Shown here piece after piece: positions 39,202-49,689 of a DNA stretch of 50,767 nt; the first letter of the stretch is position 1, and each line of letters begins with the position of its first letter. The position numbers and the translations under genes were made by a program. This DNA comes from an uncultured Streptococcus sp. Lineage in GTDB: Bacteria > Bacillota > Bacilli > Lactobacillales > Streptococcaceae. The stretch covers positions 1 through 50,767 of the forward strand of contig CAURIB010000001.1 in assembly GCA_963524795.1 (NCBI GenBank). The letters are read 5' to 3'. The notes beneath the pieces were generated by a model that was not told the DNA's origin, did no database searches, and was given only the letters and a program-made list of their open reading frames with translations.

Positions 39202-40566
39202 ATGAAGGTTGTAAAATTTGGTGGAAGCTCACTTGCCTCTGCTAGTCAGTTAGAAAAAGTTCTAAACATTGTAAAAAGTGACCCTGAACGTCGTTTCGTA
39301 GTTGTATCTGCTCCAGGCAAACGTGACGCCGAGGATACTAAGGTGACAGATGCCTTAATTAAATACTACCGCGACTATGTAGCTGGTAACGATATCAGTA
39401 AACGTCAAAACTGGATTATTGATCGTTATGCTGCTATGGTTAGTGAGCTAAAACTCAAACCCACAGTTCTAGAAAAAATCTCAAAAAGCATCCGCGCTCT
39501 TGCAACTCTTCCAATTGAAGACAATGAATTTCTATACGATACCTTCTTAGCAGCTGGAGAAAATAACAATGCCAAATTGATTGCAGCCTACTTTAACCAA
39601 AATGGCTTGGAGGCGCGTTATGTTCATCCTAGAGAAGCTGGAATTGTAGTTACTAGTGAGCCTGGAAATGCTCGCATCATTCCTTCAAGTTATGACAAAA
39701 TTGAAGAACTCAATAATAGTTCAGAAGTTCTTGTTATCCCTGGTTTCTTCGGTGTTACGAAAGAAGACCAAATTTGTACCTTCTCACGCGGGGGATCAGA
39801 TATTACTGGTTCTATCATCGCTGCTGGTGTCAAGGCTGACCTCTATGAAAACTTTACGGATGTAGACGGAATCTTTGCAGCTCACCCTGGTATTATCCAT
39901 AAGCCACACTCTATCCCTGAATTGACCTACCGTGAAATGCGTGAATTGGCCTATGCTGGATTCTCTGTACTACACGATGAAGCACTTCTACCAGCCTACC
40001 GTGGGAAAATTCCTCTTGTCATTAAAAATACCAATAATCCAGACCACCCAGGTACTCGCATTGTACTACAACATAGCAGCGACAAATTCCCAGTTGTTGG
40101 GATCGCTGGTGATTCTGGCTTTGTCAGCATTAATATGTCTAAGTATCTGATGAACCGCGAAATCGGTTTTGGTCGTAAAGTTCTTCAGATCCTTGAGGAC
40201 CTTAATATTGGTTGGGAACACATGCCAACTGGTATCGATGACCTGTCTATCATCTTACGTTCACGAGAATTGACTCCGATCAAGGAAGAAGAAATCCTTC
40301 GTCAATTAGTCCAAAAAGCAGAGGTAGACCACGCTGAAATCGAACACGACCTCTCTATCATTATGATTGTTGGGGAAAAAATGAAGCGTCATATCGGGGT
40401 AACTGCTACAGCCACTCGTGCCTTATCTGAAAACAACATCAACATCCAAATGATGTCCCAAGGTTCTAGTGAAGTTTCTATCATGTTTGTTGTCCACAAA
40501 GACCAAGAAAAAGCCGCCCTTAAAGCTCTCTACCAAGCATTTTTCGGTGAAAATAAGGAAGACTAA
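39202..40566 (+). CDS. lysC: aspartate kinase
   Basis: KFGGSS, VVSAPG, SRGGSDIT and TDVDG motifs; C-terminal ACT domains. Confidence 0.93.
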   Translation: MKVVKFGGSSLASASQLEKVLNIVKSDPERRFVVVSAPGKRDAEDTKVTDALIKYYRDYVAGNDISKRQNWIIDRYAAMVSELKLKPTVLEKISKSIRALATLPIEDNEFLYDTFLAAGENNNAKLIAAYFNQNGLEARYVHPREAGIVVTSEPGNARIIPSSYDKIEELNNSSEVLVIPGFFGVTKEDQICTFSRGGSDITGSIIAAGVKADLYENFTDVDGIFAAHPGIIHKPHSIPELTYREMRELAYAGFSVLHDEALLPAYRGKIPLVIKNTNNPDHPGTRIVLQHSSDKFPVVGIAGDSGFVSINMSKYLMNREIGFGRKVLQILEDLNIGWEHMPTGIDDLSIILRSRELTPIKEEEILRQLVQKAEVDHAEIEHDLSIIMIVGEKMKRHIGVTATATRALSENNINIQMMSQGSSEVSIMFVVHKDQEKAALKALYQAFFGENKED

Positions 40567-40568
40567 GT

Positions 40569-40940
40569 ATGGCACAATCCCTCAACAAGGTCGTCGACTT
40601 ACAAACAACTGGAACTTCCTATCTCTCCATTACAGGAAAGGTTGGAAAATTTCTGGTCGGAGATCATGCTTTAGAATTTTACGCAGACCGTAATGTCGAG
40701 GACTATATTCAAATCCCATGGTCCAGCGTTAACCAAATCGGAGCCAATGTTTCAGGCCGCAAGGTTAGTCGGCATTTTGAAGTCTTTACAGACCAAGGAA
40801 AATTCCTCTTCGCCTCAAAAGACTCTGGAAAAATACTTAAAATAGCTCGTGAAAAATTGGGAAATGACAAGGTAGTCAAACTTCCTACCTTAGTCCAAAT
40901 CATTGGTCGAAAAATTAAAAATCTATTTGCAAAAAAATAG
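40569..40940 (+). CDS. DUF956 (ManO-like) protein
   Basis: MAQSLN..GK.LVGD.ALEFY...NVEDYIQIPW pattern. Confidence 0.8.
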   Translation: MAQSLNKVVDLQTTGTSYLSITGKVGKFLVGDHALEFYADRNVEDYIQIPWSSVNQIGANVSGRKVSRHFEVFTDQGKFLFASKDSGKILKIAREKLGNDKVVKLPTLVQIIGRKIKNLFAKK

Positions 40941-40955
40941 AAAGTTTAGTATAAT
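40927..40955 (+). promoter_or_regulatory. serS promoter
   Basis: TTGCAA-17 nt-TATAAT. Confidence 0.8.
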
Positions 40956-40961
40956 CATAGA

Positions 40962-41138
40962 AACGGATAAGTAGGTTACTTCCTTCTTTCAGAAAGTCTG
41001 CGGGTGCTGCGAGCAGATAGAGGATTTAATTGAAATTCTACCGTTGTTTTAAATCAAATACAGAATCAAGTGCACACCTGTGAAGTTGGATGGAACCGTG
41101 GCCCTGCCACTCCAACGCTTTGTCAGGTGTGCTTTTTT
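40962..41138 (+). ncRNA. T-box riboswitch, Ser specifier (UCU at 41037-41039)
   Basis: Stem I with AGUA, AGAAA and GCUGCGA elements and a GAAAU-UCU-A specifier loop. Antiterminator UUGGA-UGGAACC-GUGGC..GCCACUCCAA, then a U-tract. Confidence 0.88.
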
Positions 41139-41153
41139 CATAAAGGAGTTTAT

Positions 41154-42428
41154 ATGTTAGATATCAAACGTATTCGTACAGACTTTGAAGCCGTCGCTGA
41201 AAAACTAGCTACACGTGGTGTAGACGCTGCTATCTTAAATGAGATGAAAGAAATCGACGCTAAACGTCGTGACATCTTAGTCAAGGTTGAAACCCTCAAG
41301 GCAGAGCGTAACACGGTTTCTGCTGAGATTGCTCAAGCTAAGCGCAACAAGGAAAATGCAGACGACAAGATTGCTGCCATGCAAACCCTATCTGCTGAGG
41401 TCAAAGCACTCGATGCAGAATTAGCTGAAATCGATGCTAAATTAACAGAATTTACCACTACTCTTCCAAATATCCCAGCTGACAGTGTCCCTATTGGAGC
41501 AGACGAAGACGATAACGTAGAAGTTCGCCGTTGGGGAACTCCTCGTGAGTTTGACTTTGAACCAAAAGCCCACTGGGATCTAGGTGAAGATCTTGGTATT
41601 CTTGACTGGGAACGTGGTGGAAAGGTTACTGGAGCGCGCTTCCTCTTCTATAAAGGACTTGGGGCTCGTTTGGAACGTGCTATCTACAACTTCATGTTGG
41701 ATGAGCATGGAAAAGAAGGTTACACTGAAGTCATCACACCTTATATGGTTAACCATGATTCTATGTTCGGTACTGGTCAATATCCAAAATTCAAGGAAGA
41801 TACTTTTGAACTCAGCGATACCAACTTTGTCTTGATTCCAACTGCTGAAGTGCCACTGACCAACTACTACCGTGATGAAATTCTTGATGGAAAAGACTTG
41901 CCAATCTACTTTACTGCTATGAGCCCATCATTCCGTTCTGAAGCTGGTTCAGCTGGTCGTGATACTCGTGGTTTGATTCGTTTACACCAATTCCACAAGG
42001 TAGAAATGGTCAAATTTGCCAAGCCTGAAGAATCATATGAAGAACTTGAAAAGATGACAGCTAACGCTGAAAACATCCTTCAAAAACTCAACCTTCCATA
42101 TCGCGTAGTTGCTCTTTCTACTGGAGATATGGGCTTCTCAGCAGCAAAAACTTACGACTTGGAAGTATGGATTCCTGCACAAAATACCTACCGTGAAATC
42201 TCAAGCTGTTCAAACACAGAAGATTTCCAAGCACGTCGTGCGCAAATTCGTTACCGTGATGAAGCCGATGGTAAGGTTAAACTTCTCCACACCTTGAACG
42301 GTTCTGGACTTGCTGTTGGACGTACAGTTGCAGCAATTCTTGAAAACTATCAAAACGAAGATGGTTCTGTGACCATTCCAGAAGTTCTTCGTCCATACAT
42401 GGGTGGAGCTGAAGTTATCAAACCATAA
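41154..42428 (+). CDS. serS: seryl-tRNA synthetase
   Basis: MLDIK start, PTAEVP, FRSEAG, RLHQF.KVE and LNGSGLA motifs. Confidence 0.97.
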   Translation: MLDIKRIRTDFEAVAEKLATRGVDAAILNEMKEIDAKRRDILVKVETLKAERNTVSAEIAQAKRNKENADDKIAAMQTLSAEVKALDAELAEIDAKLTEFTTTLPNIPADSVPIGADEDDNVEVRRWGTPREFDFEPKAHWDLGEDLGILDWERGGKVTGARFLFYKGLGARLERAIYNFMLDEHGKEGYTEVITPYMVNHDSMFGTGQYPKFKEDTFELSDTNFVLIPTAEVPLTNYYRDEILDGKDLPIYFTAMSPSFRSEAGSAGRDTRGLIRLHQFHKVEMVKFAKPEESYEELEKMTANAENILQKLNLPYRVVALSTGDMGFSAAKTYDLEVWIPAQNTYREISSCSNTEDFQARRAQIRYRDEADGKVKLLHTLNGSGLAVGRTVAAILENYQNEDGSVTIPEVLRPYMGGAEVIKP

Positions 42429-42440
42429 TTAATTGAATGT

Positions 42441-42518
42441 AAAAAGAGGAGGCTGAGCTTCCTCTTTTTTAGCAATATCTAAAAAACAGGTAGAAAATTC
42501 TCATTTCTACCTGTTTTT
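42441..42518. terminator. two terminator hairpins between convergent serS and groEL
   Basis: AAAAAGAGGAG..TTCCTCTTTTT and AAAAACAGGTAGAAA..TTTCTACCTGTTTTT. Confidence 0.8.
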
Positions 42519-42527
42519 ATTTATTTC

Positions 42528-44162
<1,635 letters not shown>

Positions 44163-44447
44163 CTATTCTTCGATAATTGCCAAGATGTTAGCTTCACCTA
44201 CGATGATATATTTTTCATCCCCATCTTTGACATCAATGCCTGCATGAGCTTCCACTAAAACATGATCTCCAACTTTTACACTTGGAGCGACTAGTTCACC
44301 GCTCAAGGTACGAACACCTTGTCCAGTAGCCACTACTGTAGCTGTTTTCGTTTCTTCTTGGGCTGATTTTGCGAGGACAAAGCCTCCGACTGTTTGTTCT
44401 TTCTCTTCAATTTTCAAGACCACGCGGTCTCCTAATGGTTTCAACAT
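44163..44447 (-). CDS. groES: co-chaperonin GroES
   Basis: MLKPLGDRV start. Confidence 0.97.
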   Translation of the reverse strand: MLKPLGDRVVLKIEEKEQTVGGFVLAKSAQEETKTATVVATGQGVRTLSGELVAPSVKVGDHVLVEAHAGIDVKDGDEKYIIVGEANILAIIEE

Positions 44448-44476
44448 CTGTTTTCCTCCATAACATAATTATATTA

Positions 44477-44503
44477 TTAGCACTCTTTGTACACGAGTGC
44501 TAA
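44477..44503. promoter_or_regulatory. CIRCE (HrcA operator)
   Basis: Perfect TTAGCACTC-N9-GAGTGCTAA. Confidence 0.97.
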
Positions 44504-44514
44504 ACTATAGTTCT

Positions 44515-44543
44515 ATTGTATCACTTGGTCAGAAATAGTCAAG
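44515..44543 (-). promoter_or_regulatory. groESL promoter overlapped by a CtsR box
   Basis: TTGACT-16-TACAAT with extended TG. Heptad repeat GGTCAGA-AAT-AGTCAAG at 44527-44543. Confidence 0.85.
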
Positions 44544-44565
44544 AAAAAAGTCTGATTTATAGCAC

Positions 44566-44597
44566 AAAAAGAGTTGGAGAAAATTCTCCAACTCTTG
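44566..44597 (-). terminator. ssbB terminator
   Basis: AAGAGTTGGAGA-aaat-TCTCCAACTCTT with a U-tract on the minus strand. Confidence 0.8.
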
Positions 44598-44602
44598 TCA
44601 TT

Positions 44603-44998
44603 TTAAAATGGAAGTTCCTCTTCTTCCAAGACCAAATCTGCTAAGTCTTGTCCAGCATTATTTTCACGCATAGCACGTTGGGCACGGCTTTCTAAGAGTT
44701 GGAAACCTGTACAGAGAACTTCTGTTACATAGTTGATCTGGCCATTCTTCTCAAACTTACGGGTACGAAGTTCCCCATCCACAGAAATGAGACTACCTTT
44801 GCTTCCATAACTAGCCAAGGTTTCAGCAAGTTTGCCCCAGACTACAATATTAATGAAGTCAGCTTCACGTTCTCCGTTTTGGTCTTTGTAACGACGGTTC
44901 ACTGCGATAGTTGCTCGTGCAACGGACTTATCATTGTTGGTTTTGTGCAATTCTGGTGTAGACGTCAAACGTCCGATCATAATAACTTTATTATACAT
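44603..44998 (-). CDS. ssbB: competence single-stranded DNA-binding protein
   Basis: Short 131-aa SSB with an acidic LEEEELPF tail and an upstream cin-box. Confidence 0.92.
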   Translation of the reverse strand: MYNKVIMIGRLTSTPELHKTNNDKSVARATIAVNRRYKDQNGEREADFINIVVWGKLAETLASYGSKGSLISVDGELRTRKFEKNGQINYVTEVLCTGFQLLESRAQRAMRENNAGQDLADLVLEEEELPF

Positions 44999-45019
44999 TT
45001 TTTCATCCTCCTACTTATC

Positions 45020-45027
45020 TATTCGAA
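45020..45027 (-). promoter_or_regulatory. cin/com box (SigX promoter), variant TTCGAATA
   Basis: One mismatch to TACGAATA, T-rich tract upstream, immediately before the ssbB SD. Confidence 0.72.
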
Positions 45028-45035
45028 GGAAATCA

Positions 45036-45064
45036 AAAAAAGTTACAAAATTTGTAACTTTTTT
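45036..45064 (-). terminator. terminator of the SDR operon
   Basis: AAAAAGTTACAAA-a-TTTGTAACTTTTT. Confidence 0.65.
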
Positions 45065-45072
45065 AAATAATG

Positions 45073-45834
45073 TTAATCTCTGTGAATCATAAATCCAGTT
45101 GCTTGTTGATTGGCCATGATGGTCATATCAGTGATTTGCACACGACGAGGTTGACTGGTCACATAAACTACAGTATCTGCAATATCTTGCGCCTGCAAGG
45201 CTTCAAGTCCCTGATAGACCGTTGCAGCCCGTGCCTCATCTCCATGGAAACGGACCTTAGAAAAGTCAGTCTCTACGATTCCTGGCTGAATGGTTGTCAC
45301 CTTGATATCTGTAGCTATGGTGTCAATCCGAATCCCATCTGAAAAAGTTTTGACAGCTGCCTTGGTTGCTGAATAGACTGCTGCACCAGCGTAGGCGTAA
45401 ATACCTGCGGTTGAACCCATATTAATGATATGACCTTGATTTGCAGTCACCATAGAAGGCAAGAGACAACGAGTGACTGCCATCAAGCCCTTGACATTGG
45501 TATCCAGCATGGTCAGCATATCCAACTCTTCATAGTCCTGATAGGGAGCTAAACCGAGAGCCAGCCCAGCGTTATTGACCAATATATCAATCTGACCCAC
45601 AGTTTTTAGAATATCTGAACAGACAGTCTTAACCATGCTCATATCCGTAACATCTAAAGGAAAGGTCCAAACTTTTTGATTTGGAAAGACTTCTGCGAAC
45701 TCAGTTTTTAGGGCTTGGAGTCTTTCTGTTCGACGCCCTGTGAGAACAATATTTTCACCTTTTTCTAGATAGGCACGCGCAATAGCTTCACCAATACCTG
45801 ATGTTGCACCTGTTATCACAACATTTTTTGCCAT
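45073..45834 (-). CDS. SDR-family oxidoreductase, YdfG-like
   Basis: TGATSGIG, NNAGLALG and YSATK motifs. Confidence 0.9.
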   Translation of the reverse strand: MAKNVVITGATSGIGEAIARAYLEKGENIVLTGRRTERLQALKTEFAEVFPNQKVWTFPLDVTDMSMVKTVCSDILKTVGQIDILVNNAGLALGLAPYQDYEELDMLTMLDTNVKGLMAVTRCLLPSMVTANQGHIINMGSTAGIYAYAGAAVYSATKAAVKTFSDGIRIDTIATDIKVTTIQPGIVETDFSKVRFHGDEARAATVYQGLEALQAQDIADTVVYVTSQPRRVQITDMTIMANQQATGFMIHRD

Positions 45835-45863
45835 CTTACTTTCTCCTATCTAACTTAACAAAT

Positions 45864-46490
45864 TTAAGCTGTCCAGTGTTTTGCTGGGTCAAATGGAGTT
45901 CCAACAACTTGGTCTTCGGATAATTCAATGACACCACGTTTTTGTGGAGCATTTGGCAAATGCAATTCACGAGGACTACACATCATGCCAAAACTCTTTT
46001 CACCACGAAGTTCCCCTGGGAAAATGAGATTCCCTTTTGGCATCATAGCTCCTGGAAGAGCTACAATGGTTTTCAAACCAAGACGCGCATTGGGAGCACC
46101 AGCAACGATTTGTACTGTCTTATCACTCGCAACTGCCACTTGACAGATATTGAGGTGGTCACTATCTGGATGTGCAACCATTTCTACAATCTCACCAACC
46201 ACAAATTTTGGTTCCTTGTCGTTAATGATTTCTTCAGTAAACCCTTGAGCCTGCAATTCTTGGTTCAAACGAGTTACTTGGTCGTCTGTTAAAAATACTT
46301 GGCCACGGTCTTCAAGTTCAAACAAGCTAGAAACCTCAAAAATATTCCAAGCGACAGTTTCACCAGTTTCCTTTAAAAAAACTCGTGCTACATTGCCTTT
46401 ACGCTCAGCATCTAGTTTGGCATCTCCACTATTTTTTACGATGACCATAAGGACATCGCCGACATGTTCTTTATTATATGTAAAAATCAT
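45864..46490 (-). CDS. YtpR-family tRNA-binding protein
   Basis: HPDSDHL, QIVAGAPN and LRG..S.GM.CS.REL (EMAP/OB fold). Confidence 0.88.
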   Translation of the reverse strand: MIFTYNKEHVGDVLMVIVKNSGDAKLDAERKGNVARVFLKETGETVAWNIFEVSSLFELEDRGQVFLTDDQVTRLNQELQAQGFTEEIINDKEPKFVVGEIVEMVAHPDSDHLNICQVAVASDKTVQIVAGAPNARLGLKTIVALPGAMMPKGNLIFPGELRGEKSFGMMCSPRELHLPNAPQKRGVIELSEDQVVGTPFDPAKHWTA

Positions 46491-46504
46491 TCTTTCTTTT
46501 TCTC

Positions 46505-46822
46505 CTATTTTAATCCTGCTAAAAATTCGTTAATTTGGTCCTTGGTTTTACGGTCACGATTGACAAAGCGTCCAATCTCCTTGTCCTTATCTAAGACAAC
46601 AAGACTTGGAATCCCGTAAACATCCCAAAGTTTGGCTAAGTCCATGTACTCATCACGGTCTACTCGTATAAAGGTAAACTCTGGATTTGACTCTTCAATC
46701 TCTGGCAAAGCAGGGTAGATATAACGACAATCGCCACACCAATCCGCAACAAAAAGGAAGACTTTCTTGCCATCCTGCTCTACTAGATTTGCTAATTCTT
46801 CTATACTCTTAGAAGAAATCAT
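46505..46822 (-). CDS. thioredoxin-family protein
   Basis: WCGDC active site and GIP motif. Confidence 0.9.
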   Translation of the reverse strand: MISSKSIEELANLVEQDGKKVFLFVADWCGDCRYIYPALPEIEESNPEFTFIRVDRDEYMDLAKLWDVYGIPSLVVLDKDKEIGRFVNRDRKTKDQINEFLAGLK

Positions 46823-47109
46823 AAGACTTCCTCCTCGTAGATGAGATCTTCATCTTCATAGACAAAGGTATAGTGACGACCATCTTCAAACATGACACCA
46901 CCAACGAGACGCTCTAAGCTACTTTCGTAGACTTGGACATAGAGAGTCGCAATTTCACCCATCTCTGAAAAGGAGTCACGCACAATAGCAGTCAACTCTT
47001 CTTGTGTCTTCATGAGCTTGTGCTCATCAGCTACTTTCTTTGCTCCAAAAGCAAGTGCTCCAAGACCTACTAATGCCAAACCTGTTTTAATGATATTTTT
47101 CGTTTTCAT
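46819..47109 (-). CDS. small membrane-anchored protein, DUF4651-like
   Basis: N-terminal TM segment. ATG 47109 lies 6 nt after an extended -10 with no SD. Confidence 0.72.
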   Translation of the reverse strand: MKTKNIIKTGLALVGLGALAFGAKKVADEHKLMKTQEELTAIVRDSFSEMGEIATLYVQVYESSLERLVGGVMFEDGRHYTFVYEDEDLIYEEEVL

Positions 47110-47115
47110 GCTAAC

Positions 47116-47144
47116 ATTGTAACACAAAAAGGCTCAAGGAACAA
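47116..47144 (-). promoter_or_regulatory. promoter giving a probably leaderless mRNA
   Basis: TTGTTC-17 nt-TACAAT with extended TG. Confidence 0.65.
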
Positions 47145-47151
47145 TGAAAAA

Positions 47152-47326
47152 GAGAGTGGGACAGAAATCGGTAATTCGTTAGAATTCGATTTCGTCGTCC
47201 CACCTCCGCACAGTTGAGTAGGGCTGTAAAAGCTGATGAAATCAGCGTAGTAGAGCCCACTCAACCACTGCGTCTTGCTCGACAATCCAAAGACAATTGA
47301 GAGGCTAGGACTTTTGTCCCAGCCTC
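47152..47326 (-). mobile_element. 175-bp MITE-like dispersed repeat, copy 2
   Basis: Reverse complement of 27646-27820; I see two substitutions. Confidence 0.85.
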
Positions 47327-47344
47327 CTTTCTAATTTCTAAACA

Positions 47345-47599
47345 TTAATAATTTCTCTCACCAAACAAACCTTCTGGTAAATCATGGAATCCCTTGCCTG
47401 CCTTGAAATTTTCAAATTTACCTAGTAAGAACTGGTAGGCATCCAAGCGACTCTCGTAGCGAATCATAGCATCTTTAGCGCGCTCATCTTGATCTTCTTC
47501 ATAGACCTTTTGACTTTCCTTAAGAGCCATATCGTTGATCATAATCTGGGTATTAACCCAGGCTTCAAATTCCTTCATAAATTCTTGCTCGTAACTCAT
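47345..47599 (-). CDS. DUF1912-family protein
   Basis: MSYEQEF..EAWV..IRYESRLDAY.FL..KFEN..GKGFHDLP. Confidence 0.78.
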   Translation of the reverse strand: MSYEQEFMKEFEAWVNTQIMINDMALKESQKVYEEDQDERAKDAMIRYESRLDAYQFLLGKFENFKAGKGFHDLPEGLFGERNY

Positions 47600-47608
47600 T
47601 TTTTCTCC

Positions 47609-48943
47609 TTATTCTAATCCACGGAAAAAGTCTGTATCAATCTCACGGTAGGGTTGGATGTCCTGAACATATTCCAAGACTCCTTGAAACTCTCCTGCTT
47701 GATCGTGGACAGCTGCGTAAGTGACATGGACAAACTTTCCACGTGATTCTGACTTGAACCACATCTCGTACTTGTCTTTTTTCCCTTCACGAAGACCTTG
47801 CATAATCGCTTTGACTTTCTCCAAATATTTTGGTGGATGACATAGTTCGACATTTCGTCCAACTTGAGACGGTGTCCGCTTGAAAATCATTTCATCCGCT
47901 GGAGTATTGTCATTATAATACTGGAAAATATCATCCTTATTAACAAAGGTAATCTCCATCGGCAAATGATTAAGGATAAGATTTGCCTGTTCAACTGAGA
48001 GATAGCCATTGCCAAAAGCCTGCTGGCTATTGCGATCTAGCACCGTTTCCTTTTCCTTTGGTGTAAAGGTGATAGTAAACTGACCTTCTGGTGTATCAAT
48101 CACTTGCTGAACTTGTCCATCTACAGTTTCTGGATGAGTTGGTTCTTCTATACTTTTTTCCTCAACAAAAGGTTGACGTTCAGGAACCCATTTCTCAGAC
48201 GGACGGATAATAGCATATCCATAGGTATCACTTTCCTCAGCAATCTGAATCCAGTCATCCTGGGTAAAGGATTCAAGCAGAATCATGAGAAGGATTGATT
48301 CTTCCTTAAAAATCATACTTTCAAACTCTGTCGCAAACGCTTCAAAAGCTTCCTTTACGGAGGAAATTGGCACTTCTGGGAGCGACTTAGTTGCCACTAA
48401 AGCTGTTTGAAAGAGATCCCTAATCTGATCATCCACTCCCCACATGACTTTGGGAGGTGAATCATGACCATAGCGTTCCATGATAGGAAAGAAGAGCTCT
48501 TCCTTGCGCTGGTAGTGAATATCAAATTGACCAACAAGACCCATCTGACGCACCAAACCCTTACGCATCTCCGCAAGCATTTCCTCATCTTCCATAGACT
48601 CATATGTATCTAATAATCTACGAACACGAATCAAGGCAGCACGAAGGGCTAGATTTTCATCCTTAAAGACACGCACGGGATGACCTGGATGGTCGGTATC
48701 TTCAACCTCGACACCCTTAACAGCATTTTTAAAGAGATTGGCATGGACATCACAAAGCTCCATGACATCTTCAAAGGTCACACCTGAGTCCGAGTTCATC
48801 AACTCGTGCTCCATAAGGGAAATCTCGATAGCTGATACACCTGTAAAGGTTGCATCAAAGCGTTCCTGAACGGACTCTGGAGAGGCTCCATGATGCAATT
48901 CTAATAAAATATCCCGCAGGATATGAATACGTTCATCTGTCAT
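47609..48943 (-). CDS. DUF438 / hemerythrin / PAS-domain protein
   Basis: LCDVHA, GHPV, HYQRKEE.FFP and MIFKEE.IL motifs; C-terminal PAS-like GRNVELCHPP. Confidence 0.82.
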   Translation of the reverse strand: MTDERIHILRDILLELHHGASPESVQERFDATFTGVSAIEISLMEHELMNSDSGVTFEDVMELCDVHANLFKNAVKGVEVEDTDHPGHPVRVFKDENLALRAALIRVRRLLDTYESMEDEEMLAEMRKGLVRQMGLVGQFDIHYQRKEELFFPIMERYGHDSPPKVMWGVDDQIRDLFQTALVATKSLPEVPISSVKEAFEAFATEFESMIFKEESILLMILLESFTQDDWIQIAEESDTYGYAIIRPSEKWVPERQPFVEEKSIEEPTHPETVDGQVQQVIDTPEGQFTITFTPKEKETVLDRNSQQAFGNGYLSVEQANLILNHLPMEITFVNKDDIFQYYNDNTPADEMIFKRTPSQVGRNVELCHPPKYLEKVKAIMQGLREGKKDKYEMWFKSESRGKFVHVTYAAVHDQAGEFQGVLEYVQDIQPYREIDTDFFRGLE

Positions 48944-49176
48944 TAGTCTAACCCGATCACTTCGTAACCATTTGCTTCAAGCGTACGCACAATCTTATCC
49001 ATAGGAGTTCCCTCGAGTTTAGAACCCTGTTTAAGCGAAACTTTTCGCCCTACAGTATTACGCATCAAGGGATTTGCAAGAGGTTTAAAACCAAGCTCAA
49101 CCAAAATATCTAAAACTTCTGGATGTTTATCCACCACTTCCGCAACTGGAATTGATACATCGATTATATTGTCCAT
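48943..49176 (-). CDS. DUF1858-family protein
   Basis: HPEV...LVELGF..LANP.MR.T.G; translationally coupled to the DUF438 gene. Extended -10 at 49219-49227. Confidence 0.8.
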   Translation of the reverse strand: MDNIIDVSIPVAEVVDKHPEVLDILVELGFKPLANPLMRNTVGRKVSLKQGSKLEGTPMDKIVRTLEANGYEVIGLD

Positions 49177-49242
49177 GAGAACCTCCATGAGTCTATCTCT
49201 AATCATTTAGCTATTTTTATTATACCATAAGGACAATGATTA

Positions 49243-49273
49243 AAAAAACTAGCAGTACAAGTCTTGCTAGTTT
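49243..49273 (-). terminator. intrinsic terminator
   Basis: AAACTAGCA..TGCTAGTTT with a U-tract on the minus strand. Confidence 0.65.
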
Positions 49274-49356
49274 ATTTCTTATAAAATCATTGTTCATGTC
49301 TATGTCGGCTCTTCCTAGTGATATCACAAAGTCTTAATGTATCCCTAGCATGATTA

Positions 49357-49509
49357 TTAGAGAACTTTGAAAAACCAGTCTAATATCTTAAAAAGAATCT
49401 TGTAAAACAGTAATTGGATGGCGAAAGAGATTAGGAACCAGAGTATTTTTATCAGACCAACAATTGGTGTTATAAAAAGAAGAGTGAAGAGCCTCCAAAA
49501 AGATTTCAT
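49357..49509 (-). CDS. unannotated 50-aa hydrophobic membrane peptide
   Basis: MKSFWRLFTLLFITPIVGLIKILWFLISFAIQLLFYKILFKILDWFFKVL. GGAGG SD and ATGA overlap with the upstream gene. Confidence 0.7.
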   Translation of the reverse strand: MKSFWRLFTLLFITPIVGLIKILWFLISFAIQLLFYKILFKILDWFFKVL

Positions 49510-49688
49510 TCTTTATCCTCCGGCTTCATCAACCAAGTAGCTGTATCCATAAGCTTATCTACAAGAAATAATTTTCCTAAGCCAACTACTATATTTTCAT
49601 CTTTCTTCATGGTTTCTGCAACTTTTAAAGCTTGCTTTGTAAGAAGATAATTACCGTATGTTTTGGCCAGTACTGTTATGATCCCCAT
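49506..49688 (-). CDS. 60-aa hypothetical protein
   Basis: AAGGAG SD before ATG 49688 (MGIITV..). Confidence 0.7.
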   Translation of the reverse strand: MGIITVLAKTYGNYLLTKQALKVAETMKKDENIVVGLGKLFLVDKLMDTATWLMKPEDKE

Positions 49689-49689
49689 G

